A DNA stretch of 64,000 bases from Carcharhinus longimanus. Taxonomy: Eukaryota. Location: contig JASCQW010000130.1 in NCBI GenBank assembly GCA_030264375.1, positions 33,034,791-33,098,790 on the forward strand, read 5' to 3'. The position numbers and the translations under genes were made by a program. The notes under the pieces are model-generated. The model saw nothing but the letters and a program-made list of their open reading frames with translations, was not told the origin of the DNA and did no database searches. Each line of letters starts with the position of its first letter. Position 1 is the first letter of the stretch. Below are positions 39,001 to 52,789 of this stretch, one piece after another.

Positions 39001-40199
39001 CCCATCCATCCCACAACTGTGCCATGGACATGGCTCTGGAGAAACCATCACTCTCATAAGTATTCAGAACAGAATAAATGTTAGAATGTGAGGTGCATCC
39101 TGCTTACCTAGTCCTCCATGGCCTTCTAGCCATTCTCTCACTATCTATACATTTTAAACTAAAAGGAGACCACCTTCAGAAATACGTCATATACATGGCC
39201 CTCAGTCTTATAGATACCCCATAGTGACTCCAAGTGCCAGTCAAGCTCTGAAACCCATCACCTGAACTAATCTAACTGGCAACAGTTCCCACAAATATGC
39301 TTATCCAGCCCACAGGAAGCATTCAGGATTTCCCACATGACACAGGATGTGTGTTCCATAAGACTGAGTTTCTCTGCCATGCCTTTACTTTCTGGACTAT
39401 TATATAGAAACACTGACCAGCTACTCACCAGATCTTACTGTTTCCCACTACCTCACTCAGACTACTTATTGTTTTGTAAAAGACCAGAGCCTCACCTCTG
39501 TTTTGACTCTCCAAATTCCCTGAGTTAAGTGCTCTGTTGGAATAGGACTCCATCGTGCATAAACACAGGCTTCTGGATTTAAGCAGCAAAAATTCCAAAG
39601 ACCTGAGTTACACCCTACTAACTAGTAACTAATTCTAACCAGCCATCTCGTTAACTAGTTGTACAGCTGACACTAACAGATAACTTGCTTATCATTGACT
39701 AAAACTCCAGTCAGGTCCCATCCAAAGTGCGATGTTCAATCCTGGGCAGCAGAACTCAGGAAAGATACATTGGCCTTGAGTGAAGTATTTTGTAGATTCA
39801 TCAAAGTGATACTGAGGCTGAGAGGGTTAAATTATTAGGTAAGGTTGCTTGGTGGTCTTGTGTTACCTTGCTCCATAGAAAATTAAGAGATAGTCTAATT
39901 GAGGAGGTAGAAGTACCATTTCAAATAGATTTTTTTTCTTATGTTACAAAAGCTATGCTCTGAGACAGATTCTGGCCATGTGGCGAGGTTCATTGCTATG
40001 TCTTACTGAGCACTTGTCATACAGTAACATCTAAAGGGAAATGTTTACAACTCAACATGTGGATTATTCACATTCCCAGAAATGGTTAGCACATATTTCC
40101 CAGTATCTACTGGGACTTTGAATCAGAGCTGTGCTGATTAATATCCCATGGGACAGAGTCTGATTATTGGAATGCACCATTCCACAATGCCTGTACAAA

Positions 40200-40400
40200 C
40201 TGCATCATCCTTAAGTACCTGGGTGCAATGATGCCTAAACACTGGGTGCAAAACCTGAGTATAGACTGCACTGTGACTCAGTGCATGTGCGCAGACCGCA
40301 CCGTCTGATAGTGCCCCCGTACAGAGTGTACCATATCTCAGTGCCTGTGTACAAGATTGAATCTTGTCTCAGTTCTTGAGCAGTGCCTAGGTATGGACTA
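40200..40400. repeat. Degenerate 30-bp tandem repeat
   Basis: Units at 40261, 40291, 40321 and 40351, consensus ~ACAGACTGCACCGTNNCTCAGTGCCTGTGT. Confidence 0.6.
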
Positions 40401-41444
40401 TATAATGCTTTATGGCCTTAATATACAGGTCATAGACTCCTCCTCTGTCCCCCTGCCAACTCCCCCATCCCCACCGCGAGCTTCGCTGTGTTTCAGCCCA
40501 GTAAGGTTTTCTGTAGTTGAACCATTCAGACCAGGAAACTCCAGTTTCACCTCCATCTCTCCTAATTTAGCTAATTTCAAATGGGGAGATTTTGGGAACT
40601 GTTCCTGGCTTCACCACTGCTCAGAATTGGAAAATCAGATGGGACATCTACATCTGATTGATATTTAATACCAACTTAATCTATATGGATTTCAGCTAAG
40701 GACAGGAACAGACTAAGCCATGTCCCAACTAAGGTCAAATAGCCCACCAATACTTATCAACCTAGTCATATGTGAACCATGGCCACTGACACCTGCAGAG
40801 TCGTACCCTGGCCTCAGTCACTTGGGGCAGGATAGTAGCAGGTGAACTCGAACGAACTGCCCCATTTATGAAGCAATTCATTCTAAGATTAATTTAAGTA
40901 TTGCTGTAGCATTTGACTGTAAATGTATTCTTTGACCACAGCAGATGCTGCCTGACAAGTGGTTTAATTTAATTCATCTGCTAATTTTCTGTTCTATGTC
41001 TCAGCCATTCATGTTAGTGTAACCTTTGATTAAAGTTATTGGAGCGACGTCAAATATTTGAGCAAACAATTATAACCTATGCTTTGATGAACACACTTCC
41101 AGCCGTCGTTTTCTCTCCCTTTTATTCCACAGCTGCCTCCACTTCCAGTTGTCCTTGAGTTGCTAGTCACATGAAATAAAATTAATTCTGTCATTGACTA
41201 GGAAGAATTAGCCCTGTAGACAGTCCAGCTGTCTTGAGATATGTTGTACATGCGGCAAATTAAAAATGTCATTCTCTAGCTGTAGGCATCATTGGCAAGA
41301 TCAGCATTTATTACTCATCACTGGTTGTCTTTTGGGAAGATGGTAATTGGTCTTCTTCCTGAACCGCTAAAGGTGTAGGTACTCCTGCAATGCTGATCAT
41401 CAGGGACTTCTGGATGTTGACTCTGACAATAGAAGAAGAGAATA

Positions 41445-41610
41445 AACTTAGAGAATACCTACAGTGCAGAAGGAGACCATTCAGCCCATTGAGTGCACCA
41501 ATTCCCCGACAGAGCATCTTATCTAGGCCCACCCCTCTGCCACCAACCATTTACCCCACTAACCCCCTAACCTACACATCCTGAAATGCTAATGGAAAAT
41601 TGAGCCTAAC
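41445..41610 (-). mobile_element. HE1-like SINE 3' part
   Basis: Reverse complement of the HE1/CR1 tail: TACAGTGCAGAAGGAGACCATTCAGCCCAT. Confidence 0.7.
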
Positions 41611-42920
41611 CTCTAAGTCATGCGTGATACCTTACCATTCGCGTCGAGGCAGCTTTGACACTGAGACCAGGAGGAAACTGGGTTGGGAGGACATTGGGTT
41701 GACAAACTGACAAGTTCATGCCATCAGCCAATCTTGCCAGAAGCAGGCTGGAAGTGTTAAGGGCTCCTCCCTACAGCAGCAGATAGCCATTTTGATTATA
41801 TAAGCATCCACTTGTGGGCAGATTGGGGATGCCACTAAGATCTTCCCAGCGCTGGTGGGATCCCCAGTGAAACCAGTCCCGACAGATGTCTGGCAGCATC
41901 AGGAGAGGTGGCCCCATGAGGCCTCATATACCTATCTAGTCCACCAGAGCCATAGAGACAAGTGGTTAATATTTGCAGCCGCAGGCTGTTCCATGTAGGG
42001 GCTTACACTCCACAGCGTTGGCCACAGTTTATTTAAATATGAATACATCTTCTGACGGTGCCTCAAGATGGAGGGGGATTCAGAGTAGTTATACCACGGG
42101 AGTAGGGGCTAAAAGGATTAGATCATGATGACTGATTGCATAGAATAAACTTTTATTCTCTTGAGTACCGATGGTAAAGAGATGTATTTATTGACGTTTT
42201 AACATGATTGAAGGATTGACTATGATAGATAGAGTGGGGAAGTCCACAACAAGGGAACATAACTTAAAATTAGAGGTCGCCATTCAAGGCTCTCCCAAAA
42301 AGCTGTTAGAGTTAAGTAAAAATTTCAAAACTGAGACTGGTAGATTTTTGAGATAAGGGTGTTAAGTGATGTGAAACAAAAGCGGGTAAATGGAGTTGAG
42401 ATTATAGATCAACCATAATCTACTTGAATGGCGGGCAGAACAGGCTCAGAAATTGAAGGTCTCCTCTAGTTTCTTTGTCCCTCATACACACTGCAACCAT
42501 GGTGCACCAGTGGTGAAAGGAGTTCCTCTTGTGTATGTCTGTTAAATTTAAATAGCTTTCTAATTTAAGCTTCTCATTTTCTCATTCGATATGGTTGTTT
42601 GAATTTCTAATATTAATCAAGAATAATTTGTTCAGCACACAGAACAAGATGTTTCTTTTTGCCCTTAATTGCTGGCTGCAAGGATAAAACTTATCTCTAA
42701 AGCTGATTTTCACAGTCCAGTGAATAAAGGCATTGCTTAGCTCACAATGAGCCACAAAGTCCCAGCAGGAAAGTTCCAAGATGCATTCTTGATCTGCAGC
42801 GAGTGACCCATTTTGGTAGGATAGTGGCAGTGATCTACAATTAGCATCAGCATCCTAGAGTCCAATGGAAGAAAATCCAGCTCTGGCTGGTTATTCAGAA
42901 AATGCACCTCTCCTTCCCTC

Positions 42921-43280
42921 TTTTTTTTATTCATTCGTGGGACACCGACGTTACTGGCCAGTCAGCCTTCATTGCCCAACCCTAGTTAGCTGAGGGCAAT
43001 TGAGAGCCAAACACATTGCTGTGGCTCTGGTGTCACATGTAGGCCAGACCGTATAAGGACGGCAGATTTGCTTCCCTAAAGAACATTAGTGAACCAGATG
43101 AGTTTTTCCAACAATCAACAATGGTTTCATGGTCATCATTAGATTCTTAAGTCCAGATTTTTTTTATCAAATTCAAATTCCACCATCTGTCGTGGTGGGA
43201 TTCAAACCCGTGTCCCAGAACATTAGCTGAGTTTCTGGATTAATAGTTTATTGATAATACCACTAGGCCATTGCCTCCTC
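42921..43280 (-). mobile_element. tRNA-derived SINE whose tail matches the LINE at 1-2560
   Basis: On the - strand, A box TGGCCTAGTGG and B box GGTTTGAATCC. The tail resembles 2490-2560. An older copy lies at 44270-44660. Confidence 0.75.
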
Positions 43281-43456
43281 TGATGCAAGGCCTCACATAA
43301 GTCAGAAAAATTGGGGGAAGTGAATTTGGAAATTCTTAAAGAAAATTGTATTAACGGCTACTCCCAGAAACGTTTCTATAAGGTGTTACACTGAATGTAA
43401 AAATGGCTGCTATCAGATCTGTGGTCCATTGAGTTTTAGAAAGAAGTACAAACAAT

Positions 43457-43905
43457 GGGCAGGATTTTACAGCCTCGCTCATCCCAAAACTGTAAAGTCC
43501 CACCCAAGGTCAATGGACCTTTCCATGACCCGCCCCTTGCCTGCTCCAATTCCCGTGGCAGGGCAGGAAGGTAAAATTCCAACACTTGTATTTACATAGC
43601 ACTTTTCATGATCTCAGGATCTCAGAATATTGAAAGTGCTTTCCAGCCCATGTAATACTTTTGACCTCAAATCACTGTTGTAATATTGAGAGATCTGGCA
43701 ACTAATTTGCACATAGCAAGGTCCCACAAACAGCAATGAGTTCATCTATTTTTTGCAATGTTAGTTGAAGAAATAAATGTTGGGTATGACATTGGAGAAA
43801 TCCCCTCCGGAATAGCATCTGAGAGAGCAGATGGGACCTTGGTTCAACATCTAAGTCAAAAACCAGCACCTCTGATAGTGCAATGCTCCCTCATAACTGC
43901 ATTAG
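43457..43905 (-). mobile_element. Deu-domain SINE (43584-43905) with a MITE (43457-43583) at its tail
   Basis: MITE TIRs GGGCAGGATTTTAC / GTAAAATTCCAAC, followed by reverse-complement Deu core and tail. Confidence 0.65.
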
Positions 43906-44689
43906 AAGTTGCCCTTGTAATGACAAAGGAAGCCTGACTGGAAACAAAACCTAGTTTATTACCAAATGCAAAATAAAACCACTAGCATGAGGTACACACA
44001 TTAGTCCCTGCGTGGGACTACAATTCAACAGGCACAATCCTGGGCCTGCCTTATAAACAGCTCAGATAATGTGTGCCAGTTGGGTGGGCCACTGCCTGTT
44101 ACCAGGGGCACTCAAAATCAACAAGCCCCACAGGAAGATCAATCAGTGATTCCCCATGGAGCTTGTTGGAGTTATCACAATCCTCAAATCTTCTGGAATG
44201 GGATTTTAACACTGAACCTTCTGATTCAGAGAATATTCTGAGCCTGCACTCCAAGGCTAGCTCAAATCATTTTTAAAAAATTAATTCTAGAAATGTGATG
44301 TCTCCGGCAAGACTGGCCTTTATTGCCCATCCCTGTTGCCTGATGTTTTTGAAGTAGATTGATACAACTGAGTGGCTTGCTAGGCCACTTCAAAGGGCAG
44401 TTAAGAATGAAATAAATTGGTGTGGGACTGGAGTCACATTTAGGCAATATGGGTTAAAAATGGCATGTTTCCTTCTCCGAAGAACATGTGTGAACCAGTT
44501 TTTTTATAACAATCTGACATCTCCATGATCATTTCTACCTATCCCAGCTTTTATATCTTCTTCAAATTGAATTCAAATTCTTGAATTGCAATGGTTGGGA
44601 TTTGTTCCCATGTCCTTCAGATCATTAGACCTGACCTCTGGAGTACTATTTCAGAAAGACCAGCCCTAGTGTCTCATTTTTAATTCAAT

Positions 44690-45490
44690 TCTACAGATCC
44701 TCAATGCGCCGTCACCTGGAATATAGTTTTGGTGTCCTTATCTAAGGCAAGATATACTTGCCATAGTGACAGTGCAAAGAAGGTTCACCAGACTAGCTCC
44801 AGAGATAGTGAGATTGTTTTATACAGAAAGACTGTGAAAACTGGGCCTGTATTCGCTAGAGTTTTGAACAATGAGAAGTGATCTCCTTGAAATTTGCAAA
44901 TCCTTACAGGGTAGATGTTGATGGGATGGAAATTAGATGCAGACCATACAGCTGCTCTGCCATTTATTTGATCATGGCTGATCATCAAATTCAATATCAT
45001 GATNNNNNNNNNNNNNNNNNNNNNNNNNNNNNNNNNNNNNNNNNNNNNNNNNNNNNNNNNNNNNNNNNNNNNNNNNNNNNNNNNNNNNNNNNNNNNNNNN
45101 NNNTCCTGATCCCATCTCTCTCCCCACTCTGCCCCACCCCCTCCATATCCCTTGATTCCTTTAGCCCCAAGAAGTGTTTTTCCTGGCTGGTGACTCCAGA
45201 ACCAAAGGAAACCCAGTATCAGAATAAGGGCAGGTCATTTAAGACTGAAATCAGGAGGAATTTCTTCACTCAGAAAATGATAAATTTTTGGAACTCTCTA
45301 TCTTAGAGGGCTGCAAAAGCTCAATCATTGAGCTGGTTCAAAACAAATTGATAGATTTCTGGATACTAATTACATTCTGGGATATGGGAATAGTGGGAAA
45401 AAATGGAATTGAGGTAGATGGTCAGACATAATCTGTTTGAATAGCAGAGCTGGCTCAATGAACTGAATGGCCTTCTCCTGCTCCTACATC
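44690..45490 (+). mobile_element. CR1 LINE 3' fragment with a nested inverted tail and a gap
   Basis: KGRSFKTEIRRNFFTQKMINFWNSL, followed by the CR1 tail TGAATGGCCTTCTCCTGCTCCTA. Confidence 0.8.
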
Positions 45491-45661
45491 ATTTTTATCT
45501 GATTGTACTTCTGTGAAATATCTTGGGATGTTTCACTACATAGAAGGAGCTCTGAAAATCCAAATTGTTGTCACTCAGCCTGCTGTTGAGTTTCATATAA
45601 ATCAATTCCAGTGTTCACTGTTCTTCTCCCATGAATATTTGTCTATTTCCTTTTCTTTCAG

Positions 45662-45767
45662 TCACTATTTGAGCGTCAAGGTATGCCTTCAAAGTCAACG
45701 CCACCGTCTGTACCAGAGAAACCACACATCTCAATGCCAAGAGGAATGTCAAGGACAAAATCTATAG
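45662..45767 (+). CDS. SHANK3: SHANK3 internal exon (exon 20 equivalent), 106 nt, phase 0-1
   Basis: Acceptor tttccttttctttcAG and donor GTAAGT. Encodes SLFERQGMPSKSTPPSVPEKPHISMPRGMSRTKSI(G); this frame is not shown in the ORF track. Confidence 0.95.
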
Positions 45768-46669
45768 GTAAGTTTATCATGTTAACTTGAAGTATTTGAA
45801 TCTCACTCCCCAGCAGTTCAATTAATAAATTCTTGGGCCGATGTGGAAGTGGTCAATGTGGGACTTTCAGATCTCAAGATCAATCTCCTGCCAATACCAA
45901 GTTACATCACATCGACCAGGGCAATAGGAAAGATCTTAGAGTTGGTCTATGAGGAAAGAGCAGGAGAAAAGTCTATTTAGCACCCCTTCCCCTTCTAAAA
46001 AGAGTAGATTTCTGGATGGATGCTGGGCAGTGGTGACCTCTGAAGTAGAACAGCCCAGACACACTGCCTAGGCTCTTACATGGCTCACTGGGGGTCAGTA
46101 CAACAGAGTGGAAAAGGAGGGGTGGGGGGAATGGAATAAATAATCTGACAGTGTTGTTAAAACTCCTGGTTTGTTTTAGCTCCTCAGGTATCATATAGTT
46201 GAATCATATTCATTTTTATTAACACTGACGTATAACATTTTCCAGTGAGATTTCAGATTTATTTACTTTTGATTTAGTTTGCTCTCCCCTCCCCTGCCTG
46301 CCACTTCGCACCTCCATGTGAGCTTTGACAGTTACCTGTTCAACTGTGCCCATCATTGCCAGCTAAACCCATCTTGTCCTCACTCAGCATCTAGACATGG
46401 ATTTCCAAACAGCTATCATTCAGTCATGACCAGGACAGGGTGCCCTTGGTGATTCTTCTTTCCTGCACTCTGAACAGCCCTACACAGGGACACATGGAAC
46501 AAGAAAGTACAGGAATCAATTATAAAACTTCCATAAATCCTTCAATATTTTGGGGGGGGGACCAAAATCATTGATTGAATAAATTGCTGCTCAAAATTAA
46601 AGACAAAGAGGTCAGGACTGCCATCGCCATACAAGATGCCAAAATTCAAAAAGCGCAGGAGGACTCTGT

Positions 46670-49600
46670 GAAATAAATTGTTACAGCAGTGCCATCTTTA
46701 AAACTTACATAGCATTTAAACTTCTCATCTAACCTTTAAAGCAACATGGACGGATAAAAAAATTAACATTACCAAATCAATTTGGACTGATCCAAAAGCT
46801 ACACAAAATTGGGGACTTAAGCAGAAAGGATTCTTAAGATACATGACAGTGTCATGCCCAGAATACATGACAAATAGATATATATGTTTATATCATGCTG
46901 GCTACTTTATAAAATTATTATTTTTTTAGTTGGATAAAGGCTGAAGCCTGACTAGCTATGACTCACACAAAAGGAATTTCTAGCCTTCAGGAAAAAGCAG
47001 GAATCAATTTATCTCTAAACAGGCTGTAAACAGTAATTCCTCAGTGATTGCAGAAGTCAAATTGCAAAGAAATGCACAAAGACCCTTTACGTTTCGAAGG
47101 AAGAGCTCTGGAGATGATCCATCTGCAAGGACAAAAGGGCCCTGAAACCTCTGAAACTTATTACTCGATGCAGCATTAACATCTCAAGAATCCAGATCAG
47201 AAAGTGGGAGTTATGTCACATGCCCCTCCCCCAAGCTGCTGGAACTTGTCATGTGAAGCTTAACAAAGGCAGTCTGCTATCTTCCGTCAACAAAACAGCA
47301 GCAGAATCATGGCTCTGTCCAAGTTAAAATTTCCTGGCCCTTATCCACACTGTTTTCTACTAGAACATCTGACCTTCTGTATAGTGCCTACTATTAGACT
47401 AATTGATCTCTGTGTAATTCTCTTATCATGGAAGTCAATTTTACTGGAACAGTGGATCAACCCACATCAGATTTGGCCTGCTTACCCGTTAGAAGGAATA
47501 CATCATTGTACTTTTGATTCTGGACTGATATGAAACAATAATTCTTATTTTTGTCTGCAGTTTCTGCCCTGAACCCCTTTCTTTCCCTTATCCCTATTTT
47601 GTTGTGTGAATGTACTGGGGACTACATTGTGAACTCCTTCCCACATTTAAATTGTAGGAATAATAAACTAACTTTTTGATTTGGCTCTATCTCATGTTTG
47701 CTGTGAGGTTAATAGTCAAGATTTGGACCACCCCAGAACTCAGAGATTGGGGAAATACGCCACCACTTATAAAGGGGGAAATCAAAAAAACTTTTGCATT
47801 GGATAGATGGTGAGAGGAGGAATCAAGGCTGTTTTAAATTGTATTCCTTCCTGTGCATAACAGAAATTGGGAGCTCAAGACTGGGGAAAAAAAACAGTTT
47901 GAATATGCCTAGAGTCCATATTAAGAGACGAGGCAAATTTGATGTGAGAGAGCCTATTGGAAACAAAGGGAACAATCGGGTGGCTGGAACAAATTTTAAA
48001 ATGCAATTAACATACCACAGTAAATTCCTTTTCCCGAGCAATAAGAAAATGGCATCATCTGATGCCCAGATGTTTGTTCAGCATAGAAATTTAAACAATG
48101 AACCTTTGGTGGCCCTTAGCACAGAACATTTGAAAACTGCAGCTAGGGAGGTACAATTAAAATTGTCCAGCAAAATCAAAAGAGAGAATTGATCCAGTTG
48201 GTAAAACATTTGGATTTCATGTTACCAGTAGAGCAGTTACATGAAGAGCTCAATCATGACTCCAAATCTCTTGCTCTCAGCAATTGTGAGCTGGATAAGC
48301 TTAAATTGCAGCAAGAATTTCAAGCGAGGAAGAGAGACAGATAATTGGAAGCAGCAAGGAAAAGTTTCTCTATGCAGTAGTACCCCTTATACTCTTAACC
48401 CCGAACCAGTCTCTGAGGTCCTCAAGTACACGACATTCTTTCCCAGATTTGAAGAGAATGATGTGGAATCATTTTTTTACTACCTTTGAGAAAATAACAG
48501 ACGGCTGAAACGGCCCTCAGATCTCTGCCCATTTTTAACTAAAGGGCAGCTGCCTGGTAGAGTCCAAGGAGTCTAAGCTATGCTACCTTTCAATATGTCA
48601 CTGAATTATGAGCAGATCAAAGCAGCCATCTTAAGTAACGTATCAGTCCTGGAGGCATGTCATTAGCAATTCTGGAATGCTCATAAGAAGCCCACACAAA
48701 CCTACATTGAGTTTGAATGGCCGATGCAAATAGTGTTTGAGTAATGGGTAAGATCTCTAAAAGTTCCACGCACATATGGAGGATTGCATGAATTAGTACT
48801 ATTGGAGGAATTTAAAAATTGCCTTCCCTCCAACCTGCAAGTTCACCGAGAGGAGCAGACCATCCTCACAGCCAGGGATTCATCAGTCACAGTAGACAGT
48901 TAGGAACTCCTCCATAGGCCTATAAACTCAGGCAGATCCTTACCAAAAAGCATCATACCCATGAGCATTGGAGAGATCAGCAGAGTGATCTAGATAGGAA
49001 AGGCGCCCCCCCCCGCCTTCCCACCACAATCCAGAAAAGAAAAGCGGATGAAAGAAGCCCCCAGGCTGCCCAAAAGGAGAGCTCTCAAAGGCCGATGTGT
49101 TCTCATTGCAACACAGGAGCCACTCAGCCCTTAATATTGGAGGGAAATAAACCTACCCCTGAGTCCTCCCTAAAGAGCAGAGCATTGATTAGTGGAGTGG
49201 GAGGAGGTTCCATTTTTTCACCATGCTATAAGGTCCACTGAGAATATGACCTTCCTTCAGATTCTGTTAAACTGGAAACTGTCCCAAAGCTACCAGTAGC
49301 AAGAATGGATTTCCTCCTTAAGAACAATTTGGCTACAGCAAGGTGATGTCCAGCGAAAGAAATACCAAGCAGCAGAAAACTGCAGAAGAGAGGAAAGCTG
49401 GAAAAGATCCAAAGGCCCAAAAGGGTGAAATAGCACCCATAGACTTGGAGCAAGAGGTGATCGAAAGTAACCGAGTCAAAGCAAGGCCAGTGAAATTAAA
49501 AGAGACCCTGAAAAGGCCCCTAGAATCTGAACTTGATTCACCAAGTTGCCCAGAATTAAATAAGGATCAGAGGTGTCCAAGAGCAGGGAAAGAAATAGTG

Positions 49601-50560
49601 AGGGAAATGCCCCACATAGCTGAAGAACCTGAAAGAAGATAGGTTACTAAGCCTGGAAAGGAAAGGTTAAGGACTTCCCTGAAGTATGGCTCGCAGAATT
49701 CTTCTTCCTGACGTTAAGTAATGGCAAAGAGAGTTCCCAGCCCAATAAGCAGGTAGGGAGTGAGATGCCTCCACTTGTCGAAAAGGCACAAGGGGGTGTA
49801 GTTGGAATTGTACATCCAGTTTGGAGACCGCCTCCTCCCAAGCCATAGGCCCCAGATTGGAAGTTATTAATTGGACTGCTGGTAGTTTTATGACAAATTT
49901 AAATGTGGACCAGAAAGGTTCCCAAAACTGGCCCAGAAAAATTGAAAGTAAAGCCTCACTTAGTTGAAAAATTGCTGGAATTGACAGTGAGAGCTGACCA
50001 TCCACCAGTGAGCATTACTGTACCAAAAAGCACAACACCTACCCCCACCCCCCCCCTCCCCAATGGACCAGCAGAGGGCCCCCTACCAGATTGGACCCCA
50101 TGCTCATAATGCAAAATTGCGGGGTGACCAGACAGGGTTATCCATCCTACTTGATACAATCCATAAACTTCCATCAGTCTACAGCACTGTTCCTCTCCTG
50201 AATAGATGTGGGAGAGGCATCTGCCAGAAGGCCATTTTCCTATCATTCAGGTCCAGAAAGACTACTGCCAAGTGCCCACCTGTTGTCCTGCCAACCCACA
50301 GCACCTAGCACCAGAATGTGGAACTCTCCAGTTGTGCTAGCACCCAAGGCGATCCTGAACAAGAATCCTCTAAAGAGGCCAGAGACCTTTTGAAACACCC
50401 AACTCTCCTGGACTTCAGCCTAACCCCAGTTTATGAGTCCAAACAACGAAGCCCATGGAGTTACCGAAGTGGACAGACATGAGCTAAGCTGGACAGTAAA
50501 AATCAAAAAATATCTTTTTGTTTACAAATGGGTGGTGAGAGAAGAAATCAGGGCTGCTTT
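46670..50560 (+). mobile_element. Decayed Gypsy (Gmr1-like) LTR element: putative 5' LTR, PBS and gag
   Basis: LTR-like end ...CATAACA at 47862, then TGGGAGCTC (tRNA-Pro PBS-like). Gag remnants FPRFEENDVESFF and LLEEFKNCLP, and a decayed zinc knuckle near 49095. The left boundary is uncertain. Confidence 0.6.
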
Positions 50561-50569
50561 AAACTAAGC

Positions 50570-52786
50570 CTGTCTGAAACAATAGCTTCAGGATTATATA
50601 AAAAGACAGGAGCTGAAGAAGTGAATACTCGACTTCATTCAGCTGGTCAGATTGCGATGATATTATTGCAATGCATGGAATAAACAAATCCTCAGATAAA
50701 CCTGATGAAGTCCGAAAATCATTTAATACATACGTTAATCGAAGAAGCAACAAAATTTTAGGAAGAACAAAATTCAACAAATGTATCCAACAGCCTCACA
50801 AACTGATTGGACTCTTCTGTGAACAATTATATATATTAGTTAAAGGCTGTGACCATGGTAACCTAAAATCAGAACTTTTAAAGGACAGAACTGTTGTCAG
50901 ATGGTTGACGATGCCTATTCAGATAAACTACAAGCCAAAGAAGATCTGACTCTAGGAAAGACCATCCAAATAATCAGACAGTCTGAAACCCACCAATCCA
51001 TTTAACGTAATAATCCGTGAAATCGAGGTACCACACCAATAAGAGACCCAACTGTACTTCTTCAGTGAGGCCAAGAGTCCTGGATTCTCTTTGTGGACAT
51101 GTCAGTGAACAATCCCTTCATCAACTTCAAGTTGGACGCAGGAGCCTGTGTTGTGGTCCTCTTTAACAAAGGGCTGTGGCCGATGACACAATATCTGATG
51201 CCTTCTACAACACAGATACATAGAGCAAGCAGCATCAAGTTTCCTGTTAAAGGCACATTGCAGGTGACACTCCAATATAAAGATTAACAAATACGGGCGA
51301 CATTATTCATATCCCAAAATCAAGAATTTGCCCTTTTAAGCAGAAAGGCAAGGGAACCGAACTTAGATCCCTGGCACTATTAGGCAGTTGTGCTAACCAC
51401 TGTGCCATCATGCCACTCAAGGGTGTATGCCAAGCCTGTGCGCCTGTTCAAATCCTGATAGAAACTACACCCACTCATGAAGCAAATGCCCAACAACTGG
51501 GCAAAATGACCAAAATGGGAATAACTCAAACAACCGAATGGTGTTCCAAAATGGCCCCAGTTCCGAAGCAAAATGAGTCCATCCATATCTGTGTCGACCT
51601 GATACAATTTTTAGCAAGACAATGGCATCAGTGGAAGATGGCGTGAACAAGCTATTCAAAAGCACAATATTTTCAAATCTTGATGATGACACTGATTTCT
51701 GGCAACTTCCGCTAGATGACAAATCCAGATTGTTGACTATGTTTATGACCCTCTTTGCAGACTGTTTACCATTTGACCTTACCTCAGCTCTCAAGAATTT
51801 TGAATGCATTATTTCAGCCATTTTGAAAGGGCTGGAGGGTTTTGTCTGCCATATGGATGATATTCTGGTCCATGGCATGACTGAGAAACATGGGAGGACC
51901 TTAGAATGACTGCTTTAGAATGCTTGCAAGAAGCAGGGTTGATACTTACCAAAAAATGCAAGTTGTGAACAAAGATCCTGATGGGAAGAAAACTCTGCAC
52001 CCAATTCCCAATACTGCCGAAAAGAATTTATCACAGGATGGCAGTGAAGAACTACCAAAATATTCAGGACTAAGAATAGTGGCAGATGTCCACCTACAAG
52101 GAAGTTACTGCCATAGAAACCTGTTACCATTACACAGAGGGGACAGGATATTAATCAGGAATTTGAATGAGAGAGTGTTGTCTGGAGAGACAATGACCAG
52201 CCATGGTCATAGCTCATCCTTAGACCAGCAGATACAATGAGGAAGAATGGGACAAGGCTGCCCCTCATTTCTTGAGGCAAACCTCCTACTTTACCCTTGA
52301 GCAAATTAGAAGAAGACAATCAAATGCCAAAAACACAGATTGCGGCTCAAACTTTGAATCAACAAAAGTTGCCCAAGTTAACAGGCCACCACTTCTCTGC
52401 ATGTGACCAGAATGAGATCTAGAAAAATTATCAAGAGTCTAGACGATCTGAATGAATAAAGTCAGACTTGCAGGAAAGACAAAGGGTAATGAAAATACAT
52501 TGGCTAAAGACTTGGGAGAGGTGTAGTATAAGAGTATCTGACATAGCAAGAGTTATTGTGAGACTGGGAAACAGTACCACTCAGTGTGATGTAAACAGAC
52601 ACGTGACTTGAGACTGGGTTCAGTTGTGACCTAGATGGAGCCCTGTGTAGAGGCAAGTATGAAGTTAATAAATAGTTTAGGCCACACTCAGTAAATATGT
52701 ATATAGTTATGTCTTACCAATAAACAGTTAATATTTAACCATACAAGAATCAGAACTGCTTCAGGAGACCTACTGAACATACAACA
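50570..52786 (+). mobile_element. Decayed Ty3/Gypsy element: gag, protease, RT and 3' LTR (52522-52786)
   Basis: Gag KFNKCIQQP..LKSELLKDRTVV, protease FKLDAGA, and RT IHICVDL, FWQLPLDDKSRLLT and CHMDDILVHG. A PPT GGGAGAGG precedes an LTR TGTAGTAT...ATACAACA containing AATAAA. Confidence 0.85.
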
Positions 52787-52789
52787 TTC

